Below the pieces are notes generated by a model. The model was not told where the DNA came from and ran no database searches. It was given only the letters and a program-made list of their open reading frames with translations. Below, one piece after another: positions 9,498 to 18,665 of a stretch of 64,000 bases of DNA. Source of the DNA: Bacteroidales bacterium (GTDB lineage Bacteria; Bacteroidota; Bacteroidia; Bacteroidales; G3-4614); NCBI GenBank assembly GCA_017521245.1, contig JAFXDI010000001.1:35178-99177 (forward strand), given 5' to 3'. Made by a program: the position numbers and the translations under genes. Numbering within the stretch: position 1 is the first letter of the stretch; each line of letters begins with the position of its first letter.

Positions 9498-10694
9498 CTA
9501 TTTCAATCGGGCAAGAGTCTCTTTGATTCTACGCATAGCCTCAACAATATTCTCGTCCGAAGTAGCGTAAGAGAAACGAAGATACTCAGGAGCACCAAAT
9601 GCCTTACCTCCTACAGTTGCAACGTGTCCTACTTCAAGTAGGTACATAGCCAAATCTACTGCATCATTTATAGTACGTTCGCCATCGCTCTTGCCAAAGA
9701 ACGAACTAACCTTTGGGAACAGGTAGAAAGCACCTTGAGGAATATTAACCTCAAATCCGGGTATCTCTTTTGCAAGCTCAACAACCAAGTTACGCCTACG
9801 CTCAAACGCTTTACGCATCTCCTCAACACAATCTTGAGGACCAGCAAAAGCAGCCACAGATGCCTTTTGTGCTATTGAAGAAGGTCCTGAAGTATATTGA
9901 CCTTGAAGTTTGTTACAAGCCTTAGCCAGCCAAAGGGGAGCAGCAACAAAACCAATACGCCAACCAGTCATAGCGTATGCTTTTGAAACACCATTGATAA
10001 CAGCAACGCGGTCTGCAATCTCTGGGAATTGAGCAATACTTTCGTGTTTACCAACGTAGTTGATATGCTCATAAATTTCATCAGCAATAACCACAATGCG
10101 AGGATATTTCTCTAAAACAGCTGCAAGTGATGCCAACTCCTCTTTAGTATAAACACTACCGGTTGGGTTTGAAGGAGAGCAAAGAATAATAGCTTTAGTT
10201 TTAGGAGTAATAGCAGCCTCCAATTGCTCAGCAGTTATTTTGAAATCTTGCTCAATACCAGCGTTAACAAGAACACTTTTACCCTCAGCAAGTTTCACCA
10301 TCTCCACGTAACTAACCCATGCAGGAGTAGGAATGATAACCTCATCATCCTTATCAACAATACACATCACCACGTTACAAACCGATTGCTTTGCTCCGTT
10401 TGAAACAACAATCTGCTCGGGTGCGTATGTTAGATTATTCTCTCTCTTAAGTTTCTCAGAAATTGCTTTACGCAAATCCATATATCCGGGAACAGGAGAA
10501 TAGAAAGAGAAGTTATTATCGATAGCCTCTTTGGCTGCCTGTTTTATATGTTCGGGAGTAAAAAAGTCTGGTTCACCTACACTCAAATTAATCACATCAA
10601 CTCCTTGAGCCTTCAACTCTGCACTTTTTTGTGACATCGCCAAAGTTTCCGAAGGCGAAAGAGCATTTAAACGTGCTGAAATCATCTCTGTCAT
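9498..10694 (-). CDS. class I/II pyridoxal-phosphate aminotransferase (aspartate aminotransferase-like)
   Basis: 398 aa. Blocks NLSVGEPDF, SNGAKQ, PSNPTG and the PLP-lysine block GVSKAYAMTGWRIG. The ATG is confirmed at 10692-10694. Confidence 0.85.
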   Translation of the reverse strand: MTEMISARLNALSPSETLAMSQKSAELKAQGVDVINLSVGEPDFFTPEHIKQAAKEAIDNNFSFYSPVPGYMDLRKAISEKLKRENNLTYAPEQIVVSNGAKQSVCNVVMCIVDKDDEVIIPTPAWVSYVEMVKLAEGKSVLVNAGIEQDFKITAEQLEAAITPKTKAIILCSPSNPTGSVYTKEELASLAAVLEKYPRIVVIADEIYEHINYVGKHESIAQFPEIADRVAVINGVSKAYAMTGWRIGFVAAPLWLAKACNKLQGQYTSGPSSIAQKASVAAFAGPQDCVEEMRKAFERRRNLVVELAKEIPGFEVNIPQGAFYLFPKVSSFFGKSDGERTINDAVDLAMYLLEVGHVATVGGKAFGAPEYLRFSYATSDENIVEAMRRIKETLARLK

Positions 10695-10880
10695 TTTTAC
10701 TATATTGTTACTATTTTTTTGTGCTTAAATTTTTAACTCTGCGAAGATAGTGATAAAAGGTGTTATTTCAAACAAATTTCCACAAAAACATTAATAAAAT
10801 TATCAATTATTTTCAAAACCCTACACATTTAATAAATATTTGAAACAAAATTAGCGTTTATTTATAATAATTGTAACTAA

Positions 10881-10915
10881 TCAACCAACTATTACAATAA
10901 AAATAACTTTTGAAT
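10881..10915. repeat. left copy of a 35-bp perfect direct repeat bracketing the R-M cassette
   Basis: TCAACCAACTATTACAATAAAAATAACTTTTGAAT is identical to 13480-13514. The flanking bases differ on both sides. Confidence 0.95.
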
Positions 10916-10962
10916 GATGTTGTCAGTTGTTTGTATCTCTATTCTTTTTAGTAATACAATAT

Positions 10963-12126
10963 CTATTCTATAAATTCTTGGTAATTATCTTGATCTTCTG
11001 CAAATTCTAATCTATATATTTTTAAACCATCGTCATTTACGTTATGACTATTTATAACCATAATGCTATCAAATCCAAATGTATCAAGGTCTAATTTTGT
11101 AACAAGAGAGCCTTCTTTCTTCTTTAATATCTTTCGTAATATCCATTCTCCTAAATCAGAATTAGGATTAGACATTAGGGCTTTCCCTCCATCTTGACAT
11201 ATCTTTGCTGATAACTTCTTACCATCTGGAAGTTGCAACTCAAAAGGTTCATCTCTTTTAGGAAAAAAATTAGGATACAATATATGTATTTGAGATGGTA
11301 CATGAATATACACCTCATTAGCATTTCTTTTACGACCTCCTGCGTTCCACTGGTTGAGACCACTTTTTTGAGGTACTTCACCTTTTTGTTTAGTGCTATA
11401 TAATGGAAGAATTACATAGTCCGAACCTTTAACGATAGGTTTGAAAATATCAATAGATTTGTCAGTTAATAATTTTTCTAGCAATGTCAATGGATCTGAA
11501 AATATGTCAACAGGTATGTCTCGATATACTTCCGGAACAACAAAGCGTTTCATTAAAACGGTTTTACTCCTGTTGAAAGTATAAAAGTTTTTATCATCCT
11601 CGAATGAAAGGCTAGTACCATTATCCGATATATGAGTAATTTTGTCAATATTTATTCGTTCGTATGGAACATTAAAAACTCGCAATAGTCCAGAACATCG
11701 TCCAATGATGTGGTATTGAGATTCATTTACATTAAAAGTGTCATCCGCGAACCGCATACGTTCATTTCTGAATTCTGCTAATTTATATGCAAGATCCTTT
11801 CCTTTAAGATCTGCTAAATAAGGTCTTAATTTATTGAACTCTGCAATTTTTTCTATTGAAGTATTGTTTTTTAATATAAATGTTTTTATTCCTATCCCTA
11901 GTCTTGAAAAACGAGCATCGTATGCAGTGCATGAACGAGCATCATTTACGGCATTATAATATTTACAAAAAAGATTCTCGGTTAAACGGTAATCTAAATA
12001 AGGAACATCGTTTTCTGAAAATAATTTTGAAAGACGTGCCATAAGACCTAGCATTTCAAAATATTTTTCGTTAGAATTCCATCCTTTTAAGAATTCTTCT
12101 AAATTAGAGAAATTACTTGTTTGCAT
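10963..12126 (-). CDS. putative Type II restriction endonuclease (cognate of the adjacent 5mC methyltransferase); family unassigned
   Basis: 387-aa ORF directly downstream of the C5-MTase gene and overlapping it by 28 nt. AT-rich codon usage. No resemblance to housekeeping families that I recognise. Confidence 0.6.
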   Translation of the reverse strand: MQTSNFSNLEEFLKGWNSNEKYFEMLGLMARLSKLFSENDVPYLDYRLTENLFCKYYNAVNDARSCTAYDARFSRLGIGIKTFILKNNTSIEKIAEFNKLRPYLADLKGKDLAYKLAEFRNERMRFADDTFNVNESQYHIIGRCSGLLRVFNVPYERINIDKITHISDNGTSLSFEDDKNFYTFNRSKTVLMKRFVVPEVYRDIPVDIFSDPLTLLEKLLTDKSIDIFKPIVKGSDYVILPLYSTKQKGEVPQKSGLNQWNAGGRKRNANEVYIHVPSQIHILYPNFFPKRDEPFELQLPDGKKLSAKICQDGGKALMSNPNSDLGEWILRKILKKKEGSLVTKLDLDTFGFDSIMVINSHNVNDDGLKIYRLEFAEDQDNYQEFIE

Positions 12127-13382
12127 ACTCTTTGAATTAAAGGAACAACAACAGAATTTCCTGCTTGTTTATACATTGAAGACTTTGCTATAATAGAAGG
12201 AAAGTAATAACTATCAGGAAAACCTTGAAAATTAAGGCATTCTTTAGGTGTTAATTTCCGAATACCTTTATTAGTTAATATTAAAGGAACATTATGTCCC
12301 CCTGTACCCATATTTGCTGTAAGAGTAGGACATACATTGTTTTTATTTTCTCTTACATATTGTCTTCTCCATTGATATATCGTATCCCTTGATTTGATGG
12401 ATCTTACTAATTCTTCATAATGTTTCATTTTATCTGTGTAGAAATATTCAGCATCAGAAACATCGTAGTCTATACAATCATGTATTGTTTTTGTTAAATT
12501 CTTCTTTTCTGGAAAAGAGAATTTATCATAATTAGGAATTTGTTCAGGATCAAAACAAATAATAAAAATACGTTCTCTATTTTGTGGAATATTAGCATAT
12601 TCCATTGCATTCATCACTTTAAAGAATACGATATACCCTAATCCTTCAAGTGTATTTTTTATAATTTCAAATGTTTTACCATTATCGTGCGAGCATAAAT
12701 TCTTAACATTTTCAAGGAAAACCGCTTTAGGTCTTTTTCTGCGGATAATTTCTGCTACATCAAAAAATAGTGTTCCCCGTGTATCCTCAAATCCTTTTCG
12801 ATATCCTGCAATTGAAAATGCTTGACAAGGAAATCCTGCGCATAATATATCGAAATTGTCAGGAATGTATGATTTAGTTTCTTCAGATGTAATATCTCCA
12901 AATGGTATTTCTCCATAATTAGTAAAATATGTTCGTTGGGCAGCATTATCCCATTCAGAAGAAAAAACACATTTTCCTCCAAGGTTTTGCATAGCAACAC
13001 GAAAGCCTCCAATTCCCGCAAATAAATCTATAAATGTGAATTTAGGAATTTCGGGACATGGAAATGGGATATTAAAAACATCTTTGAATAAATATGTTTG
13101 AAACGGAGATTCGCTTGCAATATCGTTTTGTATATAATTTTTTAGTTTTTCAGAATTAGTCCATAAATCAATAAATTTCTTTGCCTTCTCAATATACGGT
13201 CTTTCAAACGGGGTTCCTTGCGTATGTAAATAATGGGTAACAATGGCTACTTGTGTGTCAAATTTAATGAAAGAATTATCCTCATTGATACAGCTTTCAT
13301 CATACAATTGATAATCTCCAGATTTATTTAATCCTAAATCTAAGAGAGTAAAAATATGAGGTTTGCCATTATTTACTGTCAT
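12099..13382 (-). CDS. DNA (cytosine-5)-methyltransferase with about 110-aa N-terminal extension
   Basis: Motif I FIDLFAGIGGF, motif IV GFPCQAFSIAG, motif VI FLENVKN, motif VIII QNRERIF, motif IX RKLTPKECLNFQGFP, motif X QAGNSVVVPL. Confidence 0.93.
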   Translation of the reverse strand: MTVNNGKPHIFTLLDLGLNKSGDYQLYDESCINEDNSFIKFDTQVAIVTHYLHTQGTPFERPYIEKAKKFIDLWTNSEKLKNYIQNDIASESPFQTYLFKDVFNIPFPCPEIPKFTFIDLFAGIGGFRVAMQNLGGKCVFSSEWDNAAQRTYFTNYGEIPFGDITSEETKSYIPDNFDILCAGFPCQAFSIAGYRKGFEDTRGTLFFDVAEIIRRKRPKAVFLENVKNLCSHDNGKTFEIIKNTLEGLGYIVFFKVMNAMEYANIPQNRERIFIICFDPEQIPNYDKFSFPEKKNLTKTIHDCIDYDVSDAEYFYTDKMKHYEELVRSIKSRDTIYQWRRQYVRENKNNVCPTLTANMGTGGHNVPLILTNKGIRKLTPKECLNFQGFPDSYYFPSIIAKSSMYKQAGNSVVVPLIQRVCKQVISLI

Positions 13383-13455
13383 TGCAAATTTTCTATGTTT
13401 AATATAGTAGGTATTGAAATATATCTTTCTCTTTAGTTTGTTATGCTTAACTAAG

Positions 13456-13463
13456 CAAAGTTA
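13456..13463 (-). promoter_or_regulatory. candidate Bacteroidetes -7 box (TAACTTTG) for the methyltransferase/endonuclease operon
   Basis: The plus strand reads caaagtta, which is TAACTTTG on the minus strand, about 75 nt upstream of the MTase ATG. A second box, TATCTTTG, lies at 13574-13581. Confidence 0.4.
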
Positions 13464-13479
13464 CTAAAAATCTCTAAAT

Positions 13480-13514
13480 TCAACCAACTATTACAATAAA
13501 AATAACTTTTGAAT
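13480..13514. repeat. right copy of the 35-bp perfect direct repeat bracketing the R-M cassette
   Basis: Identical to 10881-10915. Confidence 0.95.
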
Positions 13515-13650
13515 AGAGCTGACTATTATTTGTTTTTTTGCAAACAGATTGTTAGTAATTTCTTAGCTTACCGCAAAGATAGTATTCGTAATATGCTATA
13601 TTATGGCACAAAGGGTGTCTATTTTATTTTTTTGTATAAAAATTGCACAC

Positions 13651-13678
13651 AAAAAGCGACAGAACTCTGTCGCTTTTT
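13651..13678. terminator. bidirectional rho-independent terminator downstream of the sialidase gene
   Basis: aaaaaGCGACAG-aact-CTGTCGCttttt. Perfect 7-bp GC-rich stem with A5 and T5 flanks. Confidence 0.7.
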
Positions 13679-13684
13679 ACTGAT

Positions 13685-13727
13685 ATCTAATAACTGATAA
13701 CTATTAGTTGACAACTAACAACTAAAA
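13685..13727. repeat. 3'-flank CTAAYAAC-word element, copy a (no GC core)
   Basis: atctaataactgataactattagttgacaactaacaactaaaa abuts the sialidase stop codon (13728-13730). It shares GACAACTAACAACTAAAA-type words with copies c-e. It shares the 12-mer TATCTAATAACT with 20922-20933. Confidence 0.6.
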
Positions 13728-16700
13728 TTATTCAACTATAACTTTTTCACTTCTTCCGTTAAGTACAACAAGGTAGATGCCTTTGTTAACCTCAATTTGC
13801 TCATTGTCTTTTATGGTAACATCTTTTACAATTTGACCTGTTGTATTTATAACTTTAACCTCTCCACTATAACCGTAAATATTGATTGCTCCTGCCGATG
13901 CATACACTTTTGCTTCATCTGCATTGTTCTCCTCAATACTTGTTGGATATGTAATACGAAGTGTCATATCAACTTGGCTACCTCCGTTTGCCGCAATTGA
14001 TTGAGTTGGGTTTCCGCATGCGTCTAATGAGTTCCAGTCAATCTTTACGCGTAAACGATAGTCGCCTTCATCAATATTGTAAGGAAGTGTAAATGCTGGA
14101 AGTTGTGAAAAGTCTCTTCCGCTACTTATTGAGGTTCCTATACTATTATAACCCTCGTAATAGTTGTACGAAACAACCTCTCCGCCATTTGTTCCGTTTA
14201 CATTTAATGTTTGATTAAACTCTTTGTCACAATCATAATCAATATGTATATATCCGCACATCCATAATCCTACCCAATCTAAAGTTGGAGTAAGGGTAGC
14301 ACCGGGTATAGCCTCAATAATTAAATCTGTTCTGTCAGAATATACATCGTGAGCGCCCGACTCAATTGTTCCACTATTGAAAGGAGTTAAAGTTCCTGAG
14401 AATTGAACAGATCTCAAATAACGGTCAGTTCTTGAACTGCGATTTTCATCTTTACAATAATCAGGAAAGAAGTAACGAGCTGTAACTATATCACTTCCAC
14501 GTTTACCTGTTGCTACTGCAAAGGCTTTGATGGTTGTGCTTTCTGTAATGGTTATTCCTTCTGAAGTATATCTCTCAGACTCTATTGTAGGTATTGTTCC
14601 GTCAGTTGTGTAATATATTTTGGTATTACGAGCTACCGACTCAAATTTTATAACAGCACTCTCTTCTGTAAATGTAGTTCCACTTTCGGTTACAAACACA
14701 GGCTTGTTGGTTAACTCAGAACCATCGGGAAGGGAGTATGTATCTTCACCATCAGTTAACCAATCCAAAGTAAAGTTAAGGAAGAAGGTCGACATATCCG
14801 GAGTCATATAATCCTCTTCAGTATATACGCCAATTGTTCCATCAGGCAAGATACATATTGAAGAATATGCTCCATTTCCGGGGCAGATAGTTTTGTGAAC
14901 GCTCCAACTCTCGCCCTCATCGTAACTTATGAATACACTCATATTTTTACGAGATACTGCATCGAATGGAACAGAGTGCAACAAACGGTTGCGATCATAT
15001 CCATCCTTTGTAGAAGTATAGCGAATTAAATCTCCGTTACATCCGGGCTCATACATTTCGTTCCAAAGTTTAACTTCGCTCCAAGTCTGTCCGCGGTCTT
15101 TTGAAATTGTGTAGTAACGAGAGCCTTTGCTTTGGTTGCGGATACTTACCAGCCAACTGCCATCGTTCAGTTCAACTATTTTTGCCTCGTTTCCGTTATT
15201 TGGTTTACATACACTTGAAACCTTCCAAGTTACTCCATTATCCTCTGAATAATATACGTAGTTCGATACTGAACCAACACTCGAATCACTTGTTTCACGA
15301 ACTGCCGCCACAAAGCAAATTGTTCCATCACGAGTTAATAATCCTGCACCTGAAGCACAGAACGAAGCGTTCCAATTTCTGCGAACAGGATCGCTACACT
15401 CACTACCAAATAGTTGTGGAGTAATATCTATTGGTGCTGTCCATGATTGTCCGTTATCGTTACTCTTACATATATATGTTCGGTTGGGGTCGGTTGGTGT
15501 TCCTCCAAAGAAACCTTTACCTCCCACAAATACGCAAATCAAGCCGTTCTCTTCGTTTGTTCTTGCCAATCCTGCATCACCAAAACCAGCTCCGTAGCCA
15601 GTACCTTGAGCAATAGTCAAAGGCTCGCTCCAAGTCTTACCGCCATCTGTACTGCGGTTAATAAGAACATCAATATCATCAGGAAGGTCGTTTTGGTTAT
15701 TCTTGCGTTTATCAGTAGCAATAACCAACGAACCGTCATGAGCTGTTACAATGGCAGGAATACGATAGTTCTTTGATGAGTAATCGCCGGGAGAGTAAAT
15801 CAATACTCTCTTCAATAAAATCTCTCTTGCCCCTTCCGATGCAGGAGTAGATACATTAAATGTTGAGTTTGCTGAATATGAAATAGAGTTAACACTTACA
15901 TCAGCAAGGTTACCTTCTGTTGCTGTCTCTGAAATATCGTATGTTACCCATAGGTAGTTTGTTCCAACAGAAAGTGTTCCACTTAAAGGAATTTCAATAT
16001 CTCCCTCAGCAGGAGTTGCTGTTCCCAATAGAGTATATTGCGAAGTTTTTTTAGGATTAAACAACTCGGTTGTTCCTGTTGAATATACCTTTATAGCAGT
16101 AATGTCGGCAATATCAGTTGTACCCTCCATATTAACGTTGATGCTACTTAATGATGCAGTCTCACCAGTTACCGAAACTTTTGCTCTAACAATAGGCTCG
16201 GCAATATTTCCACGTCCTGTAAAGTTGGGGTCACCTAAAAGAACAACATTCGAAATTGCTCCTGCTGAAGAATATCCAACCAAAACACCATTATGTCCGT
16301 TGCCACTAATGTCAGGGACAGAGGTCTCTGTCATATTCTCAAAGTCGTATGCAGCAACAAGTCCTTCTGTTGTAGCAGCTATGGTGTTGCTGTTTTTATC
16401 GTTAGCAATTTCAGTTGCACTCAAAGCCTTTTTGTAGAAACGAACATTATCCGCAGCCCCATCAAGGAAGTATGAAACTGTTGAGGCGTTTAATAATCCA
16501 GCACCAATATACACATCAAAATCGTTGTTTACATACCATGGAGAGATGTTTTTTGTTCCAGATGTACCAACTTGTGTGCCGTTGTGATAGAGATACATTT
16601 TTCCTGCCGAACGATCAACTACAAAAGCAACGTGAAACCATGTATTTAACGAGCCTCCAGAGGTTGACCATACACTCATTGAATTGGTGTGTGCTGTTGA

Positions 16701-17039
16701 GTTTGGACCGGGAGCATTGTTAGCAAAAAATCCAGAAGAAGCATTACCGTTTAATGCTCCCCATAATTCATAACCGCTTGTATTCTCACCCGATACACCC
16801 TCCATACAACGTTTTGAGATATAACGTTGTGCGGCCGAAACATTTGATTCGTAACTTGCAACCTTAAACCATGCAGTTACGGTAAAACTCTCGTTCTGCC
16901 CAATATTAAAATCGGCGTGGTTGGGTATTCTCATATACTGACTTGTTCCGTCAAGAGTTAAAAACTTACCCGATTGCGAAAATGCTGTTGTTGTCAGCAA
17001 CAGCGTTAAAAACGTAAGTAAAACTTTTCTCATATTCAT
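13728..17039 (-). CDS. secreted multidomain exo-alpha-sialidase (LamG-like N-terminus, GH33 beta-propeller, chitobiase-C-like domain, T9SS C-terminal sorting domain)
   Basis: Signal peptide. RIP motif YRIPAIV. Five Asp-boxes (STDGGKTWS, SNDNGQSWT, SEDNGVTWK, SKDRGQTWS, SYDEGESWS). N-terminal LamG-type segment (FTVTAWFKV...VRFYKKALSATEI). IYYTTDGTIPT...TIKAFA block. C-terminal beta-sandwich tail ...GEVKVINTTGQIVKDVTIKDNEQIEVNKGIYLVVLNGRSEKVIVE, typical of T9SS CTDs. Confidence 0.85.
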   Translation of the reverse strand: MNMRKVLLTFLTLLLTTTAFSQSGKFLTLDGTSQYMRIPNHADFNIGQNESFTVTAWFKVASYESNVSAAQRYISKRCMEGVSGENTSGYELWGALNGNASSGFFANNAPGPNSTAHTNSMSVWSTSGGSLNTWFHVAFVVDRSAGKMYLYHNGTQVGTSGTKNISPWYVNNDFDVYIGAGLLNASTVSYFLDGAADNVRFYKKALSATEIANDKNSNTIAATTEGLVAAYDFENMTETSVPDISGNGHNGVLVGYSSAGAISNVVLLGDPNFTGRGNIAEPIVRAKVSVTGETASLSSINVNMEGTTDIADITAIKVYSTGTTELFNPKKTSQYTLLGTATPAEGDIEIPLSGTLSVGTNYLWVTYDISETATEGNLADVSVNSISYSANSTFNVSTPASEGAREILLKRVLIYSPGDYSSKNYRIPAIVTAHDGSLVIATDKRKNNQNDLPDDIDVLINRSTDGGKTWSEPLTIAQGTGYGAGFGDAGLARTNEENGLICVFVGGKGFFGGTPTDPNRTYICKSNDNGQSWTAPIDITPQLFGSECSDPVRRNWNASFCASGAGLLTRDGTICFVAAVRETSDSSVGSVSNYVYYSEDNGVTWKVSSVCKPNNGNEAKIVELNDGSWLVSIRNQSKGSRYYTISKDRGQTWSEVKLWNEMYEPGCNGDLIRYTSTKDGYDRNRLLHSVPFDAVSRKNMSVFISYDEGESWSVHKTICPGNGAYSSICILPDGTIGVYTEEDYMTPDMSTFFLNFTLDWLTDGEDTYSLPDGSELTNKPVFVTESGTTFTEESAVIKFESVARNTKIYYTTDGTIPTIESERYTSEGITITESTTIKAFAVATGKRGSDIVTARYFFPDYCKDENRSSRTDRYLRSVQFSGTLTPFNSGTIESGAHDVYSDRTDLIIEAIPGATLTPTLDWVGLWMCGYIHIDYDCDKEFNQTLNVNGTNGGEVVSYNYYEGYNSIGTSISSGRDFSQLPAFTLPYNIDEGDYRLRVKIDWNSLDACGNPTQSIAANGGSQVDMTLRITYPTSIEENNADEAKVYASAGAINIYGYSGEVKVINTTGQIVKDVTIKDNEQIEVNKGIYLVVLNGRSEKVIVE

Positions 17040-17072
17040 ATATAATTAGTTGTTAAATTCTCTCCTATTTTG

Positions 17073-17080
17073 CAAATCTA
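17073..17080 (-). promoter_or_regulatory. candidate -7 box (TAGATTTG) for the sialidase gene
   Basis: The plus strand reads caaatcta, about 34 nt upstream of the ATG at 17039. Confidence 0.4.
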
Positions 17081-17309
17081 AAACAATGAATATTAATATG
17101 CAATAGTATTAATTAATTTTAACTACTCAAATTAACAATTCGGTTATACTTTAATGTTTTTTGTGTAAAAGATGTTTCACAAAACGATAAAGCGATTATA
17201 AACTATTGTAAATAAACAATATTTTGTATATTTGCTGAATCAGCGAATATACTTTCATTCGCAGTAAAAAATATTAAAACAAGTTTTATATTTCTTGCTC
17301 GTTTATTCG

Positions 17310-17317
17310 TATATTTG
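17310..17317 (+). promoter_or_regulatory. candidate -7 box (TATATTTG) for the OmpA-family gene
   Basis: Exact TAnnTTTG match 56 nt upstream of the ATG at 17373. A second identical box lies at 17227-17234. Confidence 0.4.
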
Positions 17318-17372
17318 CAACACTGCAAGAATATGTAGTCAGTAACTCTATTTTTAACCAAAGGTAATTGAT

Positions 17373-18617
17373 ATGATGAAAAAGTTTTTTTCTGTTATAA
17401 TCATAATGTTGGTAACCTCAGGTGCATCATTTGCAATAGGGCAAGATACCTCGCAATTAGTTTATGAAAAAGGTAAACGAAATTGGTTTATTGAGGCTGG
17501 AGCAAATGCAAACCTCTATATGGGACAGATTGATGCTCAACTCGATTTTATTGACCGAATAGGATGGGGTGGAAGCTTTAATTTTGGAAAGTGGTTTACC
17601 CCATGTGTTGGTTTTAAAATGGAATTAAACGCTTCAGAGTATTTTGGAGCAGCATACAAGAACGAATCGGCAAACTTTATTCAAACTCATAAATATTGGA
17701 ACAGACTTCATAATGAGGATAATGTTGATAACTATCAATATCAACACTATGTAACATTCAATCCTAACATTAGTATTATGATAAGTTTGCTAAACTCATT
17801 AGGCAAAGCAAAAGAGAACAGAGTGTATGATATGATACTCTCGCTTGGAGGTGGTGTGTATGTAAACAATGGAGCAAACGTAGAGGAGGAGTTAAACAGA
17901 GGAGGCGAAAGAATAATCCTCTCTCCAGCATTTAACGTAGGATTACAAAACAAATTTCGCTTATCGGAGCAAGTTGATTTTAATATTGATCTCAGAGCAG
18001 GTTATCTTTCAAATGCGTTCGATGGGCAAGACCTCTTTGGTAGAGGCGACCTGACTGCATCGGCAGGAATATCTCTAACCTATAAATTCAAACCACGCGG
18101 ATATGCAAAAGCAAAAATCGTAGAAGACCGCTCGGCAGATTTAGAGAACTATCAAACACTATGTGCAAATCTTTCTGCACTAAACGACAGCCTTGAACAA
18201 GCAAATGCACAACTAAAAGAGAGTAATCAAAATTTAAGAACACGTCTATCATCGCAACAACCACAAGTTGAGTACAAATATATTGAGAGAGAGAACAACA
18301 CTCGCATAATTGCCATATTAGAGTATAAGATAGGAGTTTCGGAGTTGACAAAAGAGAACAGAGCAAAACTAAAAGCAGCAGCCGAGATAATAAAAGCAAA
18401 TCCAAAATATACATTCGAAGTGTGCGGATATGCCGATAATGAAACAGGTTCAAAAGATATTAATATTCGCTTACGCAACGCGCGAGCAAACCGAGCAATA
18501 GACCAACTATTGCACTATGGTGTAAATCGTAACCAAATATTTAAAGCCACCAACGATGGTGAGTTGCCAGGAACAACAACCCGAGCAATAGTAATTCGCC
18601 AGTTAGATTGTGATTAA
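17373..18617 (+). CDS. OmpA-family outer-membrane protein (N-terminal beta-barrel, coiled-coil linker, C-terminal OmpA peptidoglycan-binding domain)
   Basis: Signal peptide MMKKFFSVIIIMLVTSGASFA. Coiled-coil segment LENYQTLCANLSALNDSLEQANAQLKESNQNLRTRL. OmpA_C block CGYADNETGS...NIRLRNARANRAIDQL. Confidence 0.8.
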   Translation: MMKKFFSVIIIMLVTSGASFAIGQDTSQLVYEKGKRNWFIEAGANANLYMGQIDAQLDFIDRIGWGGSFNFGKWFTPCVGFKMELNASEYFGAAYKNESANFIQTHKYWNRLHNEDNVDNYQYQHYVTFNPNISIMISLLNSLGKAKENRVYDMILSLGGGVYVNNGANVEEELNRGGERIILSPAFNVGLQNKFRLSEQVDFNIDLRAGYLSNAFDGQDLFGRGDLTASAGISLTYKFKPRGYAKAKIVEDRSADLENYQTLCANLSALNDSLEQANAQLKESNQNLRTRLSSQQPQVEYKYIERENNTRIIAILEYKIGVSELTKENRAKLKAAAEIIKANPKYTFEVCGYADNETGSKDINIRLRNARANRAIDQLLHYGVNRNQIFKATNDGELPGTTTRAIVIRQLDCD

Positions 18618-18665
18618 AAGCGAGGATAAGTAAACAGGAGTATTATAAAAACTAAAAAATATATT

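Noticed and set aside
13509-13697. A 62-aa ORF in the R-M/sialidase spacer, as a possible controller (C) protein or toxin
   Set aside because: It has no helix-turn-helix-like segment and a low-complexity, AT-driven sequence. It runs through the right 35-bp repeat edge, a candidate promoter box and the bidirectional terminator hairpin.
15101-15776. A cluster of plus-strand ORFs (107, 61 and 109 aa) within the sialidase gene
   Set aside because: They are antisense to the region that encodes the Asp-boxes, so they are shadow ORFs.
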